Assembly (NCBI GenBank): GCA_001804815.1
Contig: MHBI01000088.1
Location: 12,224-76,223 of the forward strand
From: Lentisphaerae bacterium GWF2_50_93
GTDB lineage: Bacteria > Verrucomicrobiota > Lentisphaeria > Victivallales > GWF2-50-93
Reading direction: 5' to 3'
DNA length: 64,000 nucleotides
The notes beneath the pieces were generated by a model that did no database searches, was not told where the DNA came from, and saw only the letters and a program-made list of their open reading frames with translations. The position numbers were made by a program, and so were the translations under genes. The stretch's first letter is position 1. Each line of letters starts with the position of its first letter. Positions 37,201 to 43,947 of this stretch are shown here, in pieces.

Positions 37201-38973
37201 ACCAAAAACGCACGCAGCCATACTATAAACTATACATATGATTTTGATGGACGGCTCCAGGAAAAAGCACCGGCGGCACCAGCACCGGCGACCAAGGTCG
37301 CGTATGTGCGGGATCCCAACGGCAACGTCACAACACGGACCGACACATCGGAGGGAACTGATTTCATCACAGGCTATGTATATGATTCAAGCAATCGTAT
37401 CACGAAAATCACCTATCCGGACGGCAAAGTGGTTGATTTGACATGGCTTGCAGGCGGACAGCTCGCCAGCATCGCCTATCCCGACGGCCTCGCCGTCACC
37501 TACAGCTATGACAACTTCAACCGTATTCCAATACCTTCGGTGCTGAAGAACAATCCCGGAACCGATCTTGTGGGCGAAAGACGTTCCACGAATGCAATTA
37601 CCAAGGTCGCTGTCACGGGCGCCGTCAACGATGATTATGATTTCACTTACAATGACCGTGGGCAGATCACCCAGATGCTGCGGCCGAACGGGACACAGTC
37701 CGATTATGCCTATGACAATGCTGGACGCCTCATCCAGATCAAGCACAGCGTGACAGCGGACGGCACAAGCCTTTTCCTTGCCGACTACGGCATGGATGCC
37801 GCGGGAAATGTCATAAGGGAACAATCTGTCGGAACCGCATACTATCAGGGCAATGATCTGCCGGAAAAGATGGCGATGCTCTACAACACGGCCGGGGAAC
37901 TCACCAAGAAGGGTGCCAAGGCCTGTACGAGCGATGCCGACGGAAATCTCACGGATCTCGGAGCCGGAACGACGAAATGCACATATGACGCCGAGAACAG
38001 GCTCACGGCAATTGTCAGGAAAATAAATGCGACAACGACAGAGACCATTGTCAACACGTTCGATTCAGACGGCTACCGCATCAGGCGAGTCAACGGCGCC
38101 GAGACGATCAATTATCACTACCTGCCATCCGGCATCCTGCTATTCACTACAGATGATGCAGGTGTCATCATTGATCGCCATATCTATGCCGGAAATTCAC
38201 TTCTCTCGACCTATAAGGCCAATGGGGATTGGCTTGACTACTACGGGGACCGGCAGGCGAATGTGAGATTCATCGCCGATGCCACAGGCGCCGTGCTTGT
38301 GGAATATGGATACCTTCCCTACGGGCAGTTTGACAGCCTCATGACGGGGGTGAACGATGGAGCAATAGACAAGAATCCCTTCACCTTCAACGGCATGCTG
38401 GGCGTCCAGGATGAAGGAAGCGGCCTGTTCTACATGCAGCAGCGCTTCTATGACGCCTCCACCGCCCGGTTCCTTGGCAGGGATCCTCTCGGGTTCTCGG
38501 CGGGCAACAACCTTTACGCTTTCGGCAAGAACAACCCCATTATCTATGCCGATCCGACCGGAAGGATTCCGGTATTCATCGTAATTCTTGGACTAGTATC
38601 ATTTGCCCACTATGGCCTGGGAATCTTTGAAAGCCATGACAATGCAAATGCGAATGCTGCGGAAATCAACGCCAAATATCGTCAGAAGGAGCTGGAAGCA
38701 AAAAAGAAATTCAATGAGACATTTAAAAGCAATCCCAAGGATTTCAATCAGAAATTGGCCAATGCTCAAAAAACAAGCAACATGTATGAGCGCGGATTGA
38801 GCAGTTTGTTTGAAACTACCGAACAGGTCGGCAACCGCGCCGGCGAAGCGGCCGAGATTGCCGGGAGTACGGCTGAAAACGTGGCTCTGGGCGATTATCT
38901 TGGCACAGCCTGGGATGCCATCAAGGCCACCTACACCGACTTTACAAATGAAAGCGCAGAAACGGGTAAATAA
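34204..38973 (+). CDS. Rhs/YD-repeat protein 2 (1589 aa), paralogue of Rhs1 with a different 135-aa tip
   Basis: GGAGGG lies before the ATG at 34204. The signal peptide is ...LILFSIFASAQA. Asp-boxes include SSDNGNTW, SDDNGANW and SEDGRTW. The same LPQYRVNTASLNLVMEGTLFH region and YD repeats are present. The core ends RFYDASTARFLGRDPLGF...NNPIIYADPTGR (38551-38565). Confidence 0.92.
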   Translation: MITSWGSRLQTAIAGLILFSIFASAQASDTLGAWTAKNPGLSLDGNYQIYGMAYGNNTYVIVGKSNSTGKAFTANSTDGTHWTLRGVASESEIFNSVIFSKGRFIAVCTKPATGSARIWTSDNNGGTWTPRSSDLLVDGSLNGVAGDGNGKLVAVGEITDVWNGWITCSSDNGNTWSVVRDGAVYKTFPTKFFGVGYALGNWYVLGSNGVYKSNGIDCTAWTDPVPDSSQFYTQSDDLPGYKFASNQTTIVAASLSGPKWSDDNGANWSDGAPAPGFEAVASLYSWTSSVVYAEGLFVVATRRDGDVWTSEDGRTWERRTLPTADETNALCYGNKSFWCGGLSETIAVSGPWLKARIGGSTDFPYTLFDAQDAPPNHIGLPQYRVNTASLNLVMEGTLFHMKTLGASINLKLVYNSQPCADDATDIGPFGKNWRFRYESVVGRSGKNARLVNGGGRSMTFTTPNGEDLGTYAGPETALTLKSPEGIYDKLVYKYAVPSFELTLKASHLKYTYAVTDSNSGGSQFHLSSISDQFGNTTTLNIDPTSGAVTKITDSSLREINFTYNPNPATGLCTGMTMPGRSVSFSYTGKNLAGITDAEEFSGTYAYDSNGFITSMTTAGKTTTFTYKDRVGVSNGDKSLATVTRPGAYGTIKYEILEDGKTVKRTDPLGQSTIISSSGGQTTSVKDPLGNVRSIAFSGAKLPETFTDEKGGVCRYEYDSRGNMTRKTDALGNITNYYYDPATDDMTRMEDAFGYPWVYAYSNCQPTSITTPVGNITYFAYDGQGRLTTLTDARGTDTDFTYDKGEVATVTSPASGTTTFAYDVASRCISIQDANLKTKSLSWDNNDRLETVTYNSVAGPPSYLNGYSAFGQTSFQDELGEWTYATRDDLGSITTIRDPLNNVNQMEYDLDNRLTKTIDPLLHSRATSYDSAGRPTIFTDARSYKVVREYDSTGNLVSFRDSNNSTTTYKYDANGRLLSVMDPLLKYNTMTRTKTGQIASTKNARSHTINYTYDFDGRLQEKAPAAPAPATKVAYVRDPNGNVTTRTDTSEGTDFITGYVYDSSNRITKITYPDGKVVDLTWLAGGQLASIAYPDGLAVTYSYDNFNRIPIPSVLKNNPGTDLVGERRSTNAITKVAVTGAVNDDYDFTYNDRGQITQMLRPNGTQSDYAYDNAGRLIQIKHSVTADGTSLFLADYGMDAAGNVIREQSVGTAYYQGNDLPEKMAMLYNTAGELTKKGAKACTSDADGNLTDLGAGTTKCTYDAENRLTAIVRKINATTTETIVNTFDSDGYRIRRVNGAETINYHYLPSGILLFTTDDAGVIIDRHIYAGNSLLSTYKANGDWLDYYGDRQANVRFIADATGAVLVEYGYLPYGQFDSLMTGVNDGAIDKNPFTFNGMLGVQDEGSGLFYMQQRFYDASTARFLGRDPLGFSAGNNLYAFGKNNPIIYADPTGRIPVFIVILGLVSFAHYGLGIFESHDNANANAAEINAKYRQKELEAKKKFNETFKSNPKDFNQKLANAQKTSNMYERGLSSLFETTEQVGNRAGEAAEIAGSTAENVALGDYLGTAWDAIKATYTDFTNESAETGK

Positions 38974-39118
38974 GAGGAAGCATCGATGACGTCAAAGTCT
39001 TTTATATGGAGTATGTTAAATTGATGTTAAACTATACAACACAGCTGGATTTTTCCATCCCGGATGGTAGTGTTATCCACAGTGTTTCAAAATCAATTTA
39101 TCATGCTAGGGGGTCGGT

Positions 39119-42100
39119 ATGAAAATGTTTCGTCATCCGCGCATCTCGTCGCTGCTTTCAGCGCTTTTTTTCTTCTCCTTATTAACTTCAGTCCAGGCCG
39201 CCAGCGACAGCCTCGGGACGTTTACGGCGAAAAATCCCGGGCTCAGCACCACGGAAATCTATGATATCTACGGCATGGCCTACGGCAACAACACCTATGT
39301 AATTGTCGGGCAGAACTACATCACAGGAAAGGCTTTTACTGCCAATTCAACTGATGGCAAGACATGGACAATAAGATCATCAGGAAGCACATCTGCACTT
39401 TTCCATTCCGTAATTTTTTCAAATGGCCGTTTCATTGCCGTGTGCAAGCAGCCTGACTCGGGGAATGCCCGTATCTGGACATCCGATACCAATGGCAACT
39501 CCTGGGTGACCCGTAATACCGACAATGCCGGACTCATTGTTCCAGGTGGATTGCACGGCGTTGCTTCTAATGGCAATGGAAAACTCGTTGCCGTTGGAGG
39601 AACACCTTATCTGAGTGGATGGATGACCGTTTCAAACGACAACGGGACCACCTGGAGAGTTGTCCGCAACGGAGCCGGGACCGATTACGAGTCATTCCTC
39701 AATAAGTTATACGCTGTTGGCTATGCACTCGGAAACTGGTATGCTTTTTCCACATCAGGAACCTATCGATCAGACGATCCGGCTACGGCATCCTCCTGGA
39801 TCAGCGGCGGTCCGGCAGTTGACAATATCCAGATGCTGGGATATAAAGTCGCTTCAAATCAATCAACCATTGTTGTCGCCTCATCCACTGGTCCGAAATG
39901 GACGATAGACAATGGACTGACCTGGCATACCGGCACGCAGGCAAAAGGCTATGAAAGTGTAAGTTCCCTGACCGATGCCGCATCAAGCGTAGTTTACGCG
40001 GATGGTTATTTTGTCCTGGCAACCCGGGAACCCTATTACAACGGTGACGACTTCAAATATTACGCAGATATCTGGATCTCCGAAACCGGACGCCAATGGA
40101 AACGGTGGAGAACTGCACAATTAATGCACGACGCCGATTACACTTTTTCACTCTGCTATGCTAAAAGGGCATTCTGGTGTGGTGCATTGAGAGAAAGACT
40201 TTCGAAATCTCCTTCCTGGTTCAAGGCGCGTAACGGGTGCAGCTCCGATTATCCATACACAGTTTTTGATACCGAGGACGGCCCGCCGAACCGTATCGGG
40301 CTTCCGCAGTACCGTGTCAACACCGCATCGTTGAATCTGGTTCTTGAAGCCACTCTCTTCTATGCAAAAACACCTGCCGCACCTCTCAACTTCAAGCTCG
40401 TCTACAATTCCAAGCCCTGCGCAAACGGCGACACGTCGATCGGCCCGTTCGGCAAGAACTGGCGGTTCAGGTATGAGTCGGCAGTCGGCCGTTTCGGACA
40501 GGAGGCGCAGGTCATCGCCGGAGGCGGACGCAGCCACACTTTCGCGACGCCCAACGGAGAGGATCTTGAAACTGTCACCACCGACGTCACACTCAAGGCA
40601 CCGGACGGAATATTCGACGAGCTGAAGTACTATTACAACGGCGGAGTTTCAAGGTTCGAGCTGTCCCTGAAGTCATCGCATCTCACCTACATATATGGCA
40701 CCGCCGGCACAGGCCCCGACAATACCGGTCTTTTCTATCTCACCGGGATCACGGATCAGTTTGGCAAGACGACGACTCTGAACGTCAGCGCCGCCACCGG
40801 ACTGATCAACTGGATAGATGATCCTTCAACCCCGGCCCGCTCATTCACCTTCGCCTACAACGGCGAGAACCTTTGCACAGGAATTTCTATTTCCGGCGGA
40901 CGCTCCGTAGGTTTCTCGTACGATGCCGACAAGAATCTCATCGGCATCGATGACATGATGGACTACCACGGTTCGTACGCATATGATGAATATGGGTTCA
41001 TGACCTCGATGACTACGGCAGGAAAGACCAATACTTTCACATATGTTGACAGGCCCGGCTACGAGACCGATCCGATTGAAACCCGCGACAAATATCTCTC
41101 TTCCATCACCAGGCCCGGCGGAAAGAAGATCAAGTATGAGCTTCAGGACGAAGGTGAAACTGTCAAGCGCACTGATGCCGCCGGCGAGATAACCCTTTTT
41201 TCCAACAAGGACGGACAAACCACCAAAATAACCGACCCTCTGGGCAATATCCGCACGATCGAATATAATGGCGCCAAGCTGCCGGAAACTGTGACAGACG
41301 AAAAAGGCGGGGTGTTCACCTATAAATATGACGAAAAGGGAAACATGACCGAAAAGAAGGACGCCATGGACAACGTCACGGCCTGCGAATATGATTCCGA
41401 CAGCAACGTCACTAAAGTCACAAACGCCCTGGGCAAGTTCTGGGACTACACTTATAACACGAAGTACCAGCCCCTGACCATCACCACACCTCTCGGCAAC
41501 GACACTACCTTTACCTATGTTGGCAAGAATCTTACCAACATCAACGATTCCAGAGGCAATGATACTTCCTTTGGATATGACACCTACGGCAATCTCATTT
41601 CGATATCACCGTCCACGTCATTCACGTACACCGACAAATTCCACTGCGATTTCATCACGGACGCCAATGGCAAGATTAAGGCAATCGCCTGGGACAACAA
41701 CGACCGCATTACGACGGTAACCTATACCTCCGCCGGCGGCGCTTCGTATACCAACACCTATAACGCCTTCGGCCAGATTAATTTCACGGATGAACTTGGT
41801 CAGGAAACTGCGATTGTCCGCGACGAACTCGGCTACATCACATCGATCACCGACCCGCTTGGAAACATAAGCCAGACCGAATACGATGCAGAAAGCCGTC
41901 CTATCAAGAAAACCGATCCTCTGGGCAGGATTACCTCGACAACCTACGACAAGGATGGGCGTCCGATAGTATTCACCGACTCCAAGGGCTATACAATCAC
42001 CCGCAGCTATGATGGAGGCGGGAACCTCATTTCCTTCAAGGACAAGAACAGTTCGGAAACGACATTCTCATATGACGCGAACAACAGGCTTGTCGGCACA

Positions 42101-43945
42101 ACCGACCCCCTCAAGAAAATCTCCTCCATAACTCGTGATGCGATTGGACGGGAAGCGACCATCACAAATGCGCGCGGACAGACCGTCACCTGCTCCTATG
42201 ATGACGACGGAAGGCTTTCCGGCAAAACCTCCAGCGTCGCCGGTTCCACGCCGATCGCATATACCCGCGATGGCAACGGCAACATACTTACTCAGACAGA
42301 TGCCTGGGGCACGACAACATACACATATGACGACTACAACCGAATCCTGTCCATAACCTATCCTGACACGACAGCTGTAGCTCTGACATGGAAAGCCGGT
42401 GGACAAATCGATACCATAACCTATCCGGGCATTACCGCCCTTGCCGTATCCTATACCTACGACAACTTCAACCGATATCCTGTCCCCAGCATCCTCAAAA
42501 ACAATCCCGGCACCGAACTTTTCGGCGAAAGCCGCACCACAAATGCCGTTACGGGAATTGCAGTGACCCTTGGCGGAGCACCGCATGGCAACTATGCCAT
42601 GACCTATAACAGCCGTGGTCAAATCACCCAGATGACCCGTCCAAACGCAACACAGTCGGACTACGCATATGACAGTTGTGGGCGTGTCACACAGATCAAG
42701 CACAGCGGTGGTAACAATGTCGACTTCACTGCCGACTATGCCTTCAATGCCGTTTCCAACGTCACTTCTGAAACCTTCTCCGGCGACTCCTATTATCAGG
42801 ACACAGAGCTTCCCCTCAAGATGGCTTTGACCTACAACATCGCGGGGCAGCTCACCAAAAAGGGCGCACAGTCCTGTATCAGCGATGCTGACGGGAACAT
42901 AACCGACATCGGCGCCGGGACAATCAAGAACACGTATGATGCCGAGAACAGGCTCATTCAGACCGTCCGGAAAATCGATGCCACAACAACAGAGACCATA
43001 AACAACACCTACAATGCGGCCGGACTCCGCGTAAAGAAGGAGATTGTAGGCGGAGACACGATAGTATATCACTATCTGCCCTCCGGAATCCTTCTTTACA
43101 CCACCAACGGGCTCGGAACGCTCATCGACCAGCATGTCTATGCAGGCAATGCGCTCGTCGCAACATATGATCCGCCTAATAATAAAGCCATCCAATATTA
43201 TGCCGACCGTCAGGCGCATGTCCGCCTGATAGCAGACGTCAATGGTGAAGTACTGGTAAAATACGATTACCTGCCCTACGGCCAGGTGGCCACATACAAG
43301 CTCGGTGTCAAAGATGAGGAGATCGACAAGAATCCCTTCACCTTCAATGGTGTCCTTGGAGTTCAGGACGAAGGGAACGGCGGATTCTACATGCAGCAGC
43401 GCTTCTATGATTCCTTGAGTGCGCGATTCCTTTCAAGAGATCCTCTGGGTTTGAATGCCGGAAACAATCTCTACGCCTTCGGAGGCAACAACCCAATGTC
43501 GAATGCCGACCCCACAGGAAAATTCATAGATCCCCTTTCCCTCGTTGTCTATGGCCTCGCAATAACGGCCGTAGTGGGGGCAACGTCTTATGCCGTTGAT
43601 GCGGTGAAATCCTCCATGGCTGATGTCAAAAAAGCTTCTGATGCCCGAGGTGACATGATTGAGTCATTCAAGAAGAACGGAGATACAGCTGAAAGCTGGC
43701 AGAAGCATGACAAGTCTGTTGACTTGACGCTGGATGCGAACGAAAATACAATGAGAAGGACTGGACAGGTCATAGTAAACACCGGCATAGAAGTCGGAAA
43801 GGCCCTGATTCCTGGAGCGAACACGCCTGCCGGGAAGATTGTCCAAGACATCGTTACAGACCAGATCGTGGACAATGCTATAAAAGAGCCACTCCTGGAT
43901 TCCATGGAAGCGCCGCAGCCACAACAAACCGAGGGAGGAGAATGA
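39119..43945 (+). CDS. Rhs/YD-repeat protein 3 (1608 aa), paralogue with a third distinct 140-aa tip
   Basis: The signal peptide is ...LFFFSLLTSVQA. Asp-boxes include SNDNGTTW and SDTNGNSW. LPQYRVNTASLNLVLEATLFY and YD repeats are present. The core ends RFYDSLSARFLSRDPLGL...NNPMSNADPTGK (43508-43522). The stop TGA at 43943-43945 overlaps the ATG at 43942. Confidence 0.92.
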   Translation: MKMFRHPRISSLLSALFFFSLLTSVQAASDSLGTFTAKNPGLSTTEIYDIYGMAYGNNTYVIVGQNYITGKAFTANSTDGKTWTIRSSGSTSALFHSVIFSNGRFIAVCKQPDSGNARIWTSDTNGNSWVTRNTDNAGLIVPGGLHGVASNGNGKLVAVGGTPYLSGWMTVSNDNGTTWRVVRNGAGTDYESFLNKLYAVGYALGNWYAFSTSGTYRSDDPATASSWISGGPAVDNIQMLGYKVASNQSTIVVASSTGPKWTIDNGLTWHTGTQAKGYESVSSLTDAASSVVYADGYFVLATREPYYNGDDFKYYADIWISETGRQWKRWRTAQLMHDADYTFSLCYAKRAFWCGALRERLSKSPSWFKARNGCSSDYPYTVFDTEDGPPNRIGLPQYRVNTASLNLVLEATLFYAKTPAAPLNFKLVYNSKPCANGDTSIGPFGKNWRFRYESAVGRFGQEAQVIAGGGRSHTFATPNGEDLETVTTDVTLKAPDGIFDELKYYYNGGVSRFELSLKSSHLTYIYGTAGTGPDNTGLFYLTGITDQFGKTTTLNVSAATGLINWIDDPSTPARSFTFAYNGENLCTGISISGGRSVGFSYDADKNLIGIDDMMDYHGSYAYDEYGFMTSMTTAGKTNTFTYVDRPGYETDPIETRDKYLSSITRPGGKKIKYELQDEGETVKRTDAAGEITLFSNKDGQTTKITDPLGNIRTIEYNGAKLPETVTDEKGGVFTYKYDEKGNMTEKKDAMDNVTACEYDSDSNVTKVTNALGKFWDYTYNTKYQPLTITTPLGNDTTFTYVGKNLTNINDSRGNDTSFGYDTYGNLISISPSTSFTYTDKFHCDFITDANGKIKAIAWDNNDRITTVTYTSAGGASYTNTYNAFGQINFTDELGQETAIVRDELGYITSITDPLGNISQTEYDAESRPIKKTDPLGRITSTTYDKDGRPIVFTDSKGYTITRSYDGGGNLISFKDKNSSETTFSYDANNRLVGTTDPLKKISSITRDAIGREATITNARGQTVTCSYDDDGRLSGKTSSVAGSTPIAYTRDGNGNILTQTDAWGTTTYTYDDYNRILSITYPDTTAVALTWKAGGQIDTITYPGITALAVSYTYDNFNRYPVPSILKNNPGTELFGESRTTNAVTGIAVTLGGAPHGNYAMTYNSRGQITQMTRPNATQSDYAYDSCGRVTQIKHSGGNNVDFTADYAFNAVSNVTSETFSGDSYYQDTELPLKMALTYNIAGQLTKKGAQSCISDADGNITDIGAGTIKNTYDAENRLIQTVRKIDATTTETINNTYNAAGLRVKKEIVGGDTIVYHYLPSGILLYTTNGLGTLIDQHVYAGNALVATYDPPNNKAIQYYADRQAHVRLIADVNGEVLVKYDYLPYGQVATYKLGVKDEEIDKNPFTFNGVLGVQDEGNGGFYMQQRFYDSLSARFLSRDPLGLNAGNNLYAFGGNNPMSNADPTGKFIDPLSLVVYGLAITAVVGATSYAVDAVKSSMADVKKASDARGDMIESFKKNGDTAESWQKHDKSVDLTLDANENTMRRTGQVIVNTGIEVGKALIPGANTPAGKIVQDIVTDQIVDNAIKEPLLDSMEAPQPQQTEGGE

Positions 43946-43947
43946 CC

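Noticed and set aside
42068-43219. 383-aa antisense ORF inside Rhs3, and similar antisense ORFs inside Rhs1, Rhs2, the M6 protease, the VIT/vWA gene (53771-54643) and the fused Fe-S gene (58276-59058)
   Set aside because: All are nested opposite strongly supported genes, have no recognisable motifs, and show composition typical of antisense frames.
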